Of a stretch of DNA of 64,000 bases, positions 17,488-30,439 are shown piece after piece (positions within the stretch are counted from its first letter, which is position 1; each line of letters begins with the position of its first letter). The notes under the pieces are model-generated. The model made no database searches and had not been told where the DNA came from. It saw nothing but the letters and a program-made list of their open reading frames with translations. A program made the translations under genes and the position numbers. Source of the stretch: a virus; the IMG/VR virus record IMGVR_UViG_3300042197_004553, positions 1-64,000 of that record; one strand, written 5' to 3'.

Positions 17488-17558
17488 GCTCAAGGATGAT
17501 TTACGGCGAACCAAGGAGCGGCTCGCAGCACCCGGCAGGAGGCCGGGTGTTTTTTTTT
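17488..17558 (+). ncRNA. Candidate CsrA-sequestering sRNA (CsrB/RsmZ-like, ~70 nt)
   Basis: Three GGA motifs in hairpin loops (UCA-AGGA-UGA; CGA.CC-AAGGAGC-GG.UCG; GGC-AGGAG-GCC) between a promoter and a terminator, 277 nt from csrA. Confidence 0.6.
17529..17558 (+). terminator. Intrinsic terminator
   Basis: CACCCGGC-AGGAG-GCCGGGTG followed by T9. Confidence 0.85.
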
Positions 17559-17590
17559 CTTTCCGGTCGCTTTTTTGCGGACGATTTTTG

Positions 17591-17860
17591 TCAAAAAGGT
17601 GACTGAATTTCGTCACGCTTGTTGATCGGTTTTTGCGGCTCGGCGCCAAAGACGCGGGCCAATACGCGCCGCATAAAATTGGGTCCGGGCGTCGAAGGGA
17701 TTGCGGCTGGGTCGATATTTTGCGAGGAGAGGCCGCCAGCGGGGTTTTCCGGGCTTTTTTGGCTCTCCAGGTATTCCATCCAGGCTTCGTATTCCTGCCG
17801 CTCGTAATACGATTCTGTGGGGATATAGGGGTCTTCAGGTAGCCGGTCGTTCCAGCCCAT
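17591..17860 (-). CDS. Hypothetical protein
   Basis: ORF overlapping the csrA 3' end. Confidence 0.6.
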   Translation of the reverse strand: MGWNDRLPEDPYIPTESYYERQEYEAWMEYLESQKSPENPAGGLSSQNIDPAAIPSTPGPNFMRRVLARVFGAEPQKPINKRDEIQSPF

Positions 17861-18038
17861 GGGGTTTTTTCTCTGGTTGTGTTAACAGTTCGCGGCGCAT
17901 GACCGACACGTCTGGGGCTGCAGTGACTCCCAGCCTGACTTTGTCGCCCACGATGTCCACGACTTTAATCGTGATTACGCGGCCGTCAGGAATTGTGATG
18001 ACAATATCTTCGTTTTTCTTTCTCGACAGGACTAACAC
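17835..18038 (-). CDS. csrA: Carbon storage regulator CsrA/RsmA family translational regulator
   Basis: GTG start; MLVLSRKKNEDIVI...ITIKVVDIVGDKVRLGVTAAPDVSVMRREL matches the CsrA signature including the RNA-binding Arg. Confidence 0.93.
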   Translation of the reverse strand: MLVLSRKKNEDIVITIPDGRVITIKVVDIVGDKVRLGVTAAPDVSVMRRELLTQPEKKPHGLERPAT

Positions 18039-18048
18039 AGGTGGCCTT

Positions 18049-18717
18049 TCAGCCGGCAGCGGTGTCGAGCATTTTTGCGATTTGTTCCGCAGAGCCGTTT
18101 TTGAGGTTGAGCGCCCGTAATTGGGCCGCCAGTAGTTTGGTTTGGAGCCGGATAGATGTTTCGATGTCCTGCCGTTTGCCCTCTTCCAGATCATAGACAG
18201 CATTGAACATCTCGGGATCATCGGAAAAGTCTTGGATGGACGGGGAGACCCGGGCTTGCCGCAGGGCGATCCGCAGGATATCGGGCGGATTCACTAGGCC
18301 CTCAGAATCCAATACGGCGCCGATATAGGCCCGTATTTCATCGCTGAAGGGCTCTGGATCGTCGTCCTCGGGCGGATAGATCAAAAGGGCCTCTGTGATA
18401 CCCCAAGCCACCTCTTCGGCGTCAGCGGGGTCCCACATGTCCGGACGGTAGGTATCGCCGGACAGGATATTGCACAGGTTCACGAAATCCGGCAGGCTCC
18501 TGTAGAACCGGTCGGTCGTGAGTATCTGAATCGCCGCCATGAGTTTGTCGAGGGACAGTTGGGGCAATTCGACGTCGAACTCCTCTTCAATTTCCAGCGC
18601 GATCGTGGTCGGGTCCCATGTCAGGGCTTCCGTCCCAAACCGGTCCAGAAACATGGTCAGGAGAACCGACCCGAACGTTTCCCGGCTCTTCCACGCTTCC
18701 TGCACGATGTTTGGCAT
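18049..18717 (-). CDS. Hypothetical phage protein
   Basis: 222-aa ORF with globular composition. Confidence 0.75.
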   Translation of the reverse strand: MPNIVQEAWKSRETFGSVLLTMFLDRFGTEALTWDPTTIALEIEEEFDVELPQLSLDKLMAAIQILTTDRFYRSLPDFVNLCNILSGDTYRPDMWDPADAEEVAWGITEALLIYPPEDDDPEPFSDEIRAYIGAVLDSEGLVNPPDILRIALRQARVSPSIQDFSDDPEMFNAVYDLEEGKRQDIETSIRLQTKLLAAQLRALNLKNGSAEQIAKMLDTAAG

Positions 18718-19135
18718 GTAATCCGCTCCGTTTCTCGATATGCCGTCTGCCCCGTCGGTATAACTCGTTTAAATTGTACCCGATTGTCTCCATGGCCGGA
18801 TGGGGGAGTTCGGTGACCCATTCGCCCTGCTGGAGGTCGAGAAAGCCGGTCATACGGGTCCACGTGCAGAACTGGCTGTCGACGAAAACGAACTGATTAA
18901 GTTGACTAAACAGTTGGGGGCCGGCGGATTCCAGCGTCGGCCAGAATTCCGCCAATAAGACGTTCCGCTGTTCGGGCTTTAAAAACGGCAGGCGCTCAAC
19001 AAGGTCCGCGGTGAGCAGAAATAGGACCGCGGCGTCGGACAGCAGGATGGTTTCATCAGGGACCGGCTGGCGCAGAATACCTGAGAAAAGCGCGCGGATT
19101 TGCAACTTGCTCAACCGTATAAGCCCTGTTACCAT
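18587..19135 (-). CDS. Hypothetical protein
   Basis: ORF; 3' end overlaps the next gene by 131 nt; start uncertain. Confidence 0.55.
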   Translation of the reverse strand: MVTGLIRLSKLQIRALFSGILRQPVPDETILLSDAAVLFLLTADLVERLPFLKPEQRNVLLAEFWPTLESAGPQLFSQLNQFVFVDSQFCTWTRMTGFLDLQQGEWVTELPHPAMETIGYNLNELYRRGRRHIEKRSGLHAKHRAGSVEEPGNVRVGSPDHVSGPVWDGSPDMGPDHDRAGN

Positions 19136-19181
19136 GCCCAGAGTCAGGTGTGGTACGGCTTTTTCTTTAGCGGAGGATTCA

Positions 19182-19457
19182 ATGGTTTCCATTCTCGATG
19201 ACCTTTCCAAGGTGACGACCGGCCGGGCTGAGTTCGTGGTGGCGTCTGAGAGTATCGAAGATTTGCTGGCGGCGTCTACGGCGAGTCTCGTGTTGCAGAA
19301 GGCCGCCGAACTGGGCTTTAATCGTCCGGGCGTCTCAACGTCGGGTGGGCCGTATCCGGTCGACGCTGACGGCAAGACCGACGATGAACTGCTCTTGGGC
19401 CGTCGTGGGCCGGTGACGGGCTACCGGCGCGACTTCATCGTGCTGGCGTCGATATAG
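19182..19457 (+). CDS. Hypothetical protein
   Basis: GGAGG SD before ATG 19182. Confidence 0.65.
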   Translation: MVSILDDLSKVTTGRAEFVVASESIEDLLAASTASLVLQKAAELGFNRPGVSTSGGPYPVDADGKTDDELLLGRRGPVTGYRRDFIVLASI

Positions 19458-19927
19458 CCCTCGTCCGGGCCGAATGTTTCAAGGTGAGCCAAGCGCGCGG
19501 CATAAAACTCCGCCACGTGCTTGGCCACTTTTTTGAACCGGGCAAGCATCTGCGGCACGACCTGCTCGTTGAAGGCTTTTACGATCACTTTGCGCAGGTC
19601 GGCAATGGCGTCGGGGGTATATTTCGCCGCGGCACACTTTTCAGCCGCGGCCCGAACAGCCGGGTCTTGGTCCAGCACGACTTGGACGAATTTGGCGTTC
19701 ACGAAATTGATGTCAAAACCGTACTGGTCGCGCAGGGCGTTCTCTTCTTCTATCTGGAAGATCGACGCGCCGGGCCAAACGTCGGTTTTGGTAGACGTTT
19801 CTGCCGGATAGCGCAATTTGTCGAGCGACCAGCCAAAGGCCGCGGCGTCGTCGTTGGGCTCCGGCATGACATACGGCGGTTTCTTGCCCTCGGGCTTCTT
19901 GTCGAGTGTTCGTTTGAGTTTGGCCAT
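19421..19927 (-). CDS. Hypothetical protein
   Basis: ORF from ATG 19927. Confidence 0.65.
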   Translation of the reverse strand: MAKLKRTLDKKPEGKKPPYVMPEPNDDAAAFGWSLDKLRYPAETSTKTDVWPGASIFQIEEENALRDQYGFDINFVNAKFVQVVLDQDPAVRAAAEKCAAAKYTPDAIADLRKVIVKAFNEQVVPQMLARFKKVAKHVAEFYAARLAHLETFGPDEGYIDASTMKSRR

Positions 19928-19970
19928 AAATGCTTGATATCTAAGGAAAAGGGGAAAGGACAAGGCCACC

Positions 19971-20052
19971 CGTTCACGGCCACCCAGCCGGAACGACAGC
20001 ACAAGCACCGGATAGGTGCAGGTGTGTGTTCCGGCTGAGTAGCCGTTGAACG
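19971..20052 (-). other. Long intergenic RNA hairpin
   Basis: 19-bp stem ACGGCUACUCAGCCGGAAC/GUUCCGGCUGGGUGGCCGU with two G.U pairs that form only on the minus strand. Confidence 0.65.
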
Positions 20053-20059
20053 TTTTATG

Positions 20060-20434
20060 TTACGCCAGACTCGCGCTGGTCGCGAGGTGGGCGTCCCGCA
20101 GGGCGATTTGCTCCGCGAAGGGGTTGCTGGGGCGCAGCGCCGAGAGGAGAGACTCGGTGGTCTCCTCGTCGCCCCGCTCCAGCGCCGCCATGTACTCGTG
20201 GAACTGTATCGCCACGAGCCCCCGCCAATTGTCGGCGACTCTGGAGAGAATCTCTTTCTTCCAGTAGTTCACCCGGGCCCACTTGTCCTTGGGGTGCGCG
20301 GCCATCGCGTCTGCTTCTACTTCGCTGATCACGTAGTCGAAAAACTTGATGGCGTGCTCGGCCACGGGGACCGACACGGTGTCACGGTGAATCCGGCCAA
20401 CAATCGCGGACTTGGTGTTCTCGACAGTCGACAT
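20060..20434 (-). CDS. Hypothetical protein
   Basis: GAGG SD; preceded by a conserved promoter-like motif. Confidence 0.7.
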   Translation of the reverse strand: MSTVENTKSAIVGRIHRDTVSVPVAEHAIKFFDYVISEVEADAMAAHPKDKWARVNYWKKEILSRVADNWRGLVAIQFHEYMAALERGDEETTESLLSALRPSNPFAEQIALRDAHLATSASLA

Positions 20435-20490
20435 GGCAAACCTCGTAGGGTTAAAGGACGCACCGCCAACACCATGTTGGGGTACACCTT

Positions 20491-20518
20491 ATATGCCGCG
20501 TTTTTGTCGAGAATTTAG
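20491..20518 (-). promoter_or_regulatory. Putative phage promoter CTAAATT-N15-GCATAT (copy 1)
   Basis: Same boxes and spacing as at 60415-60442. Confidence 0.55.
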
Positions 20519-20522
20519 GCGG

Positions 20523-20822
20523 CTAAAAAGTCGCCGAGAGTGTCTGCCCGCTGCTGTTGGTGTAGACGATCTTGATCTGCTGCGTATTGAGCAGTTGCTT
20601 AATTTCTGTCTGCTTTTCACCGCTGAGTGCGACAAGGCAGGCTTTGATCTTGGCCAACTCTTCGCGCTGTTTGGCGACGCGCTTGCGCGCGCAAGACCCG
20701 CAGCCTCCCGCGCCGCCGGCGAAGAGATTCTTTTTGTTGGCAAAACAGGGGATCGCCTGCGCGTCGGGATTACCGAGCAATGACAGAATCGTACTGTCTT
20801 CCAAAACTACTTGCTGCAGCAT
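20523..20822 (-). CDS. Small Cys-containing protein
   Basis: GGAGG SD; GCGSC motif. Confidence 0.7.
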   Translation of the reverse strand: MLQQVVLEDSTILSLLGNPDAQAIPCFANKKNLFAGGAGGCGSCARKRVAKQREELAKIKACLVALSGEKQTEIKQLLNTQQIKIVYTNSSGQTLSATF

Positions 20823-20842
20823 TTGTGCCTCCGTGCTGTTAA

Positions 20843-21667
20843 TTATGCGGGGCCTGTCGGGCCTGTTGGGCCGGTGGGACCTGTCGGTCCGGTGGGGCCT
20901 GTCGGGCCTGTCGGGGGCGTACCGATCCAGACATCGCCACCAGGGAGCAACTCTGCCGTGATGTCCAGCGTGTTCTTCAGAATCTGTACGTCTTCCAGCA
21001 CGCTGTTAATAAATTCCCGCGTCTCCTCGCGTGAGCGCAGTAAAACGTCAACGTAGTTCATCCGGAACCACGCCGGCCGGGAGTTTTCGATTGGCGCGTC
21101 TTCGGGATACTCTTCCAGGTCTACCGACGAGCACACGTGATCAAACGCCGCGACTTGCTCCATGCTGCCCGGTTTTAACGGCAGCATCTGGTAGGCAAAA
21201 ACTTTAGTCGGCATCTGGTTTGCCGCGGTCGCCTCAATTCTGACGCGAATACCGTCGATGTCGTTGTAGTACTGCCGGCTGACGGCCCACTCGATATGAA
21301 TGTTTCTTGGTGTGGCCTGTAATTTTGGCGCCACAATGATGTCGCGGGAGAAAAAGGTGATCGACAGCGGCTCGGCAAACCACTCTGCGCCTGCGGGGTA
21401 AAGCAGCCGGGCGCGCACGAGCAATGACCCCGGCGCGGTAGCTTTTAAATATCCGATAGCGGCGCCTGTTGCATCCGTGAGGTCAGGCTGCGCGAGAATT
21501 ACGTCGGGCCGGTCATCGACGACAAATTCAACACGCCGGCCGGTGAGCGGGGCGTTGGTCGTGTCCCGCAAACGTACTTTGATGGCGGCGGTGTCTTTTC
21601 CGTTCGCGACGACAAACGGACGGTTGCCGTGCAGCAGCCGAGAATGGGTGGGGCTAAAGTCAGCCAT
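20843..21667 (-). CDS. Ig-like (invasin/Big-1-like) domain protein with collagen-like tail
   Basis: VANGKDTAAIKVRLRD..N.PL.G..V.F...TD..G.A...L.AT.PG; C-terminal (GPT)n. Confidence 0.7.
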   Translation of the reverse strand: MADFSPTHSRLLHGNRPFVVANGKDTAAIKVRLRDTTNAPLTGRRVEFVVDDRPDVILAQPDLTDATGAAIGYLKATAPGSLLVRARLLYPAGAEWFAEPLSITFFSRDIIVAPKLQATPRNIHIEWAVSRQYYNDIDGIRVRIEATAANQMPTKVFAYQMLPLKPGSMEQVAAFDHVCSSVDLEEYPEDAPIENSRPAWFRMNYVDVLLRSREETREFINSVLEDVQILKNTLDITAELLPGGDVWIGTPPTGPTGPTGPTGPTGPTGPTGPA

Positions 21668-21671
21668 GGAA

Positions 21672-22064
21672 TTAACCTGTTTCGTTCAAGGTAGTATCGA
21701 CAAAAATATCGTACGGCTGATTATAGACGATTGTTACCGCCAGATGGTCGACGGCCTCATCCGCACCTTTTTTGGCGACCGCGCGAATAAATTTGCGAAT
21801 CAGCGTGTGGTCGGTTCGCGTTGCGCCGGCGAGCATGTCGAGCAATTTCGTGATACAGGGTCGCATCCATTCTGAAGAAACTCGGCATGAACAACCTTTT
21901 TTTTTAGTTTCTGTTTTATAGTGTTCGCGGCAATGTTCGAAATCAGTTTGGAGCCCAACCAGTTCTGGTACGTGCGTAAAAAAGTCCGGGGCGAAGACAT
22001 GTCGGGCCAGCGTGTCGGCGCCCATGGAAAACCGCCCGGTAATTGATCTAGGCTGTCGCCGCAT
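21672..22064 (-). CDS. Hypothetical protein
   Basis: ORF within the structural operon; GCSC motif. Confidence 0.6.
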   Translation of the reverse strand: MRRQPRSITGRFSMGADTLARHVFAPDFFTHVPELVGLQTDFEHCREHYKTETKKKGCSCRVSSEWMRPCITKLLDMLAGATRTDHTLIRKFIRAVAKKGADEAVDHLAVTIVYNQPYDIFVDTTLNETG

Positions 22065-22077
22065 ACATCATCCCGAA

Positions 22078-25500
<3,423 letters not shown>

Positions 25501-26469
25501 CTACCCGCAATTGCCGGCAATGGCGTTTGTGGCTAGTTCCACGATGACGCTGTGCGTGAGTGGGTCGGTAGTGATATTTACACCCGTGCCGCCGACAAAA
25601 ATCACGTTCGGGCCGCTCACGCCGTTGATGGTGGCGACAAGTTCGTCACACGCCGGTCCGCCGCTAAAGAATTTGCTGCGCACTTCCGGCGTGGTTTCCG
25701 TCGCGCCGAACAATACGGGTTTCGGCTCGTCGGGATAGAGCGGAACCTCGCTGCCATTAGCGCACAGGGCCGCGTCAGCTTGCTCGCCGCTATTCCGGCC
25801 TGCCGTAAAACTGAGTTCGTTGGCAGCCGGGCGCTGGCGAATGATGGCGTTGTAGCCCTCTTTGAACCGGATGTCGCCGCTGAGGCAACGCTTATTGACG
25901 ATGACGCGCCGCGGAGGGTCGGCGTCCGGTGTGCAACTGGAACGGCTTTCCGCCCGGGAAAGGTTGCCGACTGTGATCGCCCGAAGATAGCCGCGGGTCA
26001 AACTTTGCACGCGCGCCGGTTCGAGCACGAAGACCGTCGCCGAACACGCGAGTGTGCCGACGCCGGGCAGGGCGGCGCGGAGGTCATCCATCGGCCCGGT
26101 TACTACAAACCCGCTCCACGCCGGTTCTGTCGCGCAACTGTTGCCGTCTTTGACATACGGCGGGGCTTCAACGTGTTCGACGAGCCACTCGTCTGCGCCA
26201 ACCGGGCGACGAAACACAAGCGGCGCGGAGGCGCCGGGCGCGTCGGTCCGCAATTCAAATTCAAAGGCGTCGCCGGTCGTGCCGGAGACACGGCGGACGG
26301 CGTGCAACCACACAGTATGCGTTTTGGCGTCAAATTCGCTGTCGAGGCCCATGATGACGCCCGCGTCTACGATCGCCGAGTACGGCACGGCGCTGGTGGC
26401 CTGGGCCGGCGTAAACACGAATGGGTACGCGCGGTACTCGTTGTCGTTGTAAAATCCGGGGCGCGGCAT
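25501..26469 (-). CDS. Tail/baseplate-associated protein, paralog family member
   Basis: N-terminal YNDNEYRAYPF, C-terminal TINGV. Confidence 0.7.
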   Translation of the reverse strand: MPRPGFYNDNEYRAYPFVFTPAQATSAVPYSAIVDAGVIMGLDSEFDAKTHTVWLHAVRRVSGTTGDAFEFELRTDAPGASAPLVFRRPVGADEWLVEHVEAPPYVKDGNSCATEPAWSGFVVTGPMDDLRAALPGVGTLACSATVFVLEPARVQSLTRGYLRAITVGNLSRAESRSSCTPDADPPRRVIVNKRCLSGDIRFKEGYNAIIRQRPAANELSFTAGRNSGEQADAALCANGSEVPLYPDEPKPVLFGATETTPEVRSKFFSGGPACDELVATINGVSGPNVIFVGGTGVNITTDPLTHSVIVELATNAIAGNCG

Positions 26470-26471
26470 AG

Positions 26472-27257
26472 TTACACTACTTTTCTTCCAACAGCGTCAA
26501 AAAAGATTATGCCGTCACGCTGAGTGATCCGCAAAACAGTGTCATCGACCTCGTGCCCGGTTGCCGTGATTGTAAAATTGCCGTACGCATCAGGTGGGCA
26601 GCCGTTGATCGTGCGCACGAAGTTTTTGGGTTGAAAACGGTCGAACGGAGTGCAAACAAATCGCTGGAACAGGGGCACGCCGACCACGTCAACGCGAATG
26701 ACGTTCGCGCCCTGGACCACACCTTCGTGCCGCAAGACCACGCCGCCATCGCCGATGAGCCACACGTCGTCTGTGATTAACTGCCCGTCAAACTGCAACG
26801 CCCGCACGCCCGGTTCGTTGGCGGGAATAATCGCGGTCGCTACAAACGTCGTAGCGGCGGGCGGAAACGCGTAGGTTCCGACAGACCACCCGGCAAACGT
26901 GGTGAGCCGATCAGCCGTGCTGACAAGGACGCCGGCTGGCCGCCCCAACATGTCTTGCACGTCCAGTGCGCCCGTCTGCGGGGCCTGCACCGGATTCGGA
27001 ACAAACGACGTGGTCGCGACGACCGTGCCGGTTTCATCACTGAAATTCAGGGTCACCAACCGCGTCGCCACCGTCACCGACGAAATGTAAATTTGCGCCC
27101 CGCCATTGATAACAAAAAACGAGGCGTCGATAAACGTGTCACGCAGGATGCGCGTGACGCCGTCGGTCGCCACGAGCGTTGCGGTGTCGACGAACGGATA
27201 GCGCGAGTCGCCCTGCTCGTCGCGAAAGTCAGGAAAGAGAATACGGGTGCCGCTCAT
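26472..27257 (-). CDS. Tail/baseplate-associated protein, paralog family member
   Basis: DEQGDSRYPF, RTINGCPPDAYGNF. Confidence 0.7.
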   Translation of the reverse strand: MSGTRILFPDFRDEQGDSRYPFVDTATLVATDGVTRILRDTFIDASFFVINGGAQIYISSVTVATRLVTLNFSDETGTVVATTSFVPNPVQAPQTGALDVQDMLGRPAGVLVSTADRLTTFAGWSVGTYAFPPAATTFVATAIIPANEPGVRALQFDGQLITDDVWLIGDGGVVLRHEGVVQGANVIRVDVVGVPLFQRFVCTPFDRFQPKNFVRTINGCPPDAYGNFTITATGHEVDDTVLRITQRDGIIFFDAVGRKVV

Positions 27258-28804
27258 TGGATTGTAAACTCGATAAAGTTGGTCGGCGACGCGTTGGTGG
27301 CGATTCCGGCACGGCCGTCAGCGAGATCAAATACGCTGATGGCAGTTTGGACGCACACCACGGCCGTGTCCGTGTCGCCGGCGTAGAGCGTAGCAACAAG
27401 TGTCGTCGTGCCGTCGGTGTTCGGCTCCGCGCGGGCGGTGAGGCGGTGGTAGCGGGCTGCGGGCGCCGCGACGGCAATCTGGTTTTCTTTGACGAGCAGG
27501 TCGCCTGTGTGGCGGTAGACCATCACCGCGGCGGCGTCGGCGTCGTAGAGCACCAGCACGTATTTCGTTTTTTGTTTTCCGTCTTCGCGCGCGGTGACGT
27601 GATTTAATACGATGCCAGCGTTTTGGCGGAAACCGCCCGCTTCAAAACCAAACGCGGCGCCCACCGTATGCCCGATCGTCCAATCGCTCGGGCAGGGCTC
27701 GAACAGCGCAAGATTCATTCCTGTCCGGCTTTGCGCGCAATACGCTGGCTGGTCCGCATACTGGCCGGCGCTGAAGACGCCGGACCGTATTTCAAACCGG
27801 CGCGACGCATCAGGCGGGAACGTGACGCGGACAGGCAGTGTCGGATATGCCCGCATCGGTTGTGGCGCCGGAGTCGGCGGCGTTATCGGCCAGCAGAATT
27901 CGCTTTCGCCGTCAGTGTTTGGGCAGCAGATGTCCTGCCGTCGCTTTTCTCCGGGAGGCGTCTGGGCGCAGGCGTCCGCGAGTCCGCGGGGCGTTGTAAT
28001 GTCCACGCCGCCGCAGTCGACAAATGGTCGGACCGTCAGGCCGCCCGGAACGACGATGTTGATGTTGCCCGTCAAACAGTCGGGGGCGACGCCGTTAATC
28101 GTCTCGATCGGTGTCTTATTGCAGGTGCCGCTTTCCGGGCGCTGGCCGCACGGCCCGAGAAAATACGAATAGGCATTAAAATCGGCCGTCGGCGCCGCGC
28201 AGGCCAGCACGATGGCTTTCACTGGCGCGGTGTTTGTCGTGTCGGTTTCTGGATCGTATTTGGGCAACGCATAACTTTCATAATACGTCGCGGTCAACGG
28301 CGTATCGGCGACGATGTTGATAACGCCGGTCAGCGCGTCGGCGAGTCCCAGTTTGCCGATTGTTGGAATCGGCAGCGGGTCGTACGCGCGGGCATTTCGC
28401 TGTCCGATAAATGATTGCCGCGGTGTGCTGTATTTGCCGGAAAAGGTGGTATCAACGCCCGGGCCGAAAACCACCCACCCACTGACACCCGGCTGCAAGG
28501 CGCGGACAGCGTAGTTTACACCTGGATCAACGGGCTTAAGCAGTGTCACGGCGGCAATGGTCGTCGGACCTGTCGCGTCTAGTGTGCTTGCAACGCCGAA
28601 CACCAGCGTAACCAGCGTCTCGGAGACCGTGACGCCTTGCACGTAGGCATAGACGCCCAGCGTTTGCGGAAAACGCAGATGGCAGTCGACAAGAATGTCG
28701 TCGCGGAGCGTGCTGCCGGTATTGTCTTCACCGGTTGCACGTTCGTCGATTGGGTAGCGCCGCGTGGCCTGCAGATTGTACCAATTTTGATTACGAACAG
28801 GCAT
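27254..28804 (-). CDS. Tail/baseplate-associated protein with possible C-terminal lectin-like beta domain
   Basis: WYNLQATRRYPI, ETINGVAPD...GNI. Confidence 0.7.
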   Translation of the reverse strand: MPVRNQNWYNLQATRRYPIDERATGEDNTGSTLRDDILVDCHLRFPQTLGVYAYVQGVTVSETLVTLVFGVASTLDATGPTTIAAVTLLKPVDPGVNYAVRALQPGVSGWVVFGPGVDTTFSGKYSTPRQSFIGQRNARAYDPLPIPTIGKLGLADALTGVINIVADTPLTATYYESYALPKYDPETDTTNTAPVKAIVLACAAPTADFNAYSYFLGPCGQRPESGTCNKTPIETINGVAPDCLTGNINIVVPGGLTVRPFVDCGGVDITTPRGLADACAQTPPGEKRRQDICCPNTDGESEFCWPITPPTPAPQPMRAYPTLPVRVTFPPDASRRFEIRSGVFSAGQYADQPAYCAQSRTGMNLALFEPCPSDWTIGHTVGAAFGFEAGGFRQNAGIVLNHVTAREDGKQKTKYVLVLYDADAAAVMVYRHTGDLLVKENQIAVAAPAARYHRLTARAEPNTDGTTTLVATLYAGDTDTAVVCVQTAISVFDLADGRAGIATNASPTNFIEFTIQ

Positions 28805-28811
28805 GCGGCAC

Positions 28812-30431
28812 TCAGCAGTCGAGGATTTGGGTGGCGCTGGCGGAGGCGGGGGCGGCGGTGGCGTCACAGCCGGCTAAAATCGGTCCGCCTGTTTTTGTGC
28901 CGCGCAGTGTTCCTGTGATTGTAAAAGGTTGCTGCGGGCAAAAACACAGGCGAATGCGGGCATATGCCGACTGACCAGCCTGTACACGCCCGAGCGCGAC
29001 CGAAAAAATCGGCCAGCCCCCGGTAATATTTAATTCTTCGCTCTGGTTGTCGCTGACGATCTGAGAATAATCCAAAAACACGCGACCGCTGCCGCCGCTG
29101 GGTGTGGTGGTAAATTCTGTCGTCAAAATGACGTTTTCAGCGCAGGTTTCGCAGTGATTGCAGTACATGAGCACAACGTCGACGCAGGGGCATGGCTGCT
29201 GTGCGATAAACAGCCGCAATGGGCGCTGGTACCGACATTCCCGTTGAGCGTTCCAGCGCGCGATATTCTGCTCGTGCACGGCTTTGACAGCGGCAACCCG
29301 GTCGCCGATCGCGCGATACCGCTCTGCGACGACGTTTAGATATTTCGCTATGTCGACATAATCAACGCAGGCGCAGCACGGGCCGCAATCAGCGCCGAAA
29401 GCGATTTGATTGGCGGTCTGCGTCGGTTGTCCGTTGACATACAGCGCCGGCCGGCGGGTATACAGGCAGCCGTCGGCGTTCATAAAAATATTGCCGTTTT
29501 TGTCCGGACGTACGCCGTTGATGCTTTTAATCTCTTCGCCCGCTGCGTCGTCACAGATCGCGACTAGAATGTCGTCTCCGGGCGGGCAGACATTGGTTGG
29601 ACGATTCTCGGCGCAGTCTGGCGTGGGCGCCGCACATAGACCGAACTGCCCGCGACCGGAACCGGCGGCGGCTGACAACGCAATTTCGGTAACGCGGCGA
29701 CCGGCTTCCGCCGGCGTCAGCCCGAATCCGGGATTGATATCAAACCGGGTGGCGAGGTCGTTGACCGCGCCGATTTGCAGTTCGGTGTTAAAGCCGTTGA
29801 CAAATGTAACTTTATTTTGAAACCACGGTGTCACACAGTTGCCGTTTTGAACGCGCATCGCCAGCACGCGCTTTGGAATTTTTTCAATCGCGCGCTCGTC
29901 GAGGATGGCGGCGCGCGGACAAAACGAGACCGGCCGCATCGGAACAGGATCGTTGTTGGTGTGCACGTCTTTGTATGTCACCGCGCGACACACCGCCGCA
30001 TTGGGTTTGGTCGTTTTCGCCCATTCGTACACGGTGTAATGCTCGCCCCACTCTGTAGCGACAAAGTCGTCTGCAGCCGTGCTGTCAAAAACAACCCGAT
30101 TGGCGGCGTCAATGACAACTAAATCGGCCGCATGGGTGGGCGCCGGAATGGCGACACCGGGCAGCGGCGCGGCGCCGTACGCAAACGCCGGTCCGGTCCC
30201 GAAACCATACAGCCAATACACGCGCAACGGATGCGCGACCCGCGGCACGTTTTGGTAATAACCCGGATCGTCATACGACAAGTAAAAATCAGCAAAGAGG
30301 TTTTCAACGTCGCCGACTGCTTCGGTAGGGGCGCTCCCGCCCGGGGCTACAAACGGATAATCCAGACCGCTCTGCGGCTGCACGACGCCGATTCCGCGCC
30401 CGGCGTGTGGGTCTGTGGATTGCCCCGGCAT
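28812..30431 (-). CDS. Tail/baseplate-associated Cys-rich protein
   Basis: LDYPF, KSINGVRPDKNGNI, CGPCCAC followed by a coiled coil. Confidence 0.7.
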   Translation of the reverse strand: MPGQSTDPHAGRGIGVVQPQSGLDYPFVAPGGSAPTEAVGDVENLFADFYLSYDDPGYYQNVPRVAHPLRVYWLYGFGTGPAFAYGAAPLPGVAIPAPTHAADLVVIDAANRVVFDSTAADDFVATEWGEHYTVYEWAKTTKPNAAVCRAVTYKDVHTNNDPVPMRPVSFCPRAAILDERAIEKIPKRVLAMRVQNGNCVTPWFQNKVTFVNGFNTELQIGAVNDLATRFDINPGFGLTPAEAGRRVTEIALSAAAGSGRGQFGLCAAPTPDCAENRPTNVCPPGDDILVAICDDAAGEEIKSINGVRPDKNGNIFMNADGCLYTRRPALYVNGQPTQTANQIAFGADCGPCCACVDYVDIAKYLNVVAERYRAIGDRVAAVKAVHEQNIARWNAQRECRYQRPLRLFIAQQPCPCVDVVLMYCNHCETCAENVILTTEFTTTPSGGSGRVFLDYSQIVSDNQSEELNITGGWPIFSVALGRVQAGQSAYARIRLCFCPQQPFTITGTLRGTKTGGPILAGCDATAAPASASATQILDC

Positions 30432-30439
30432 GGCGCACC

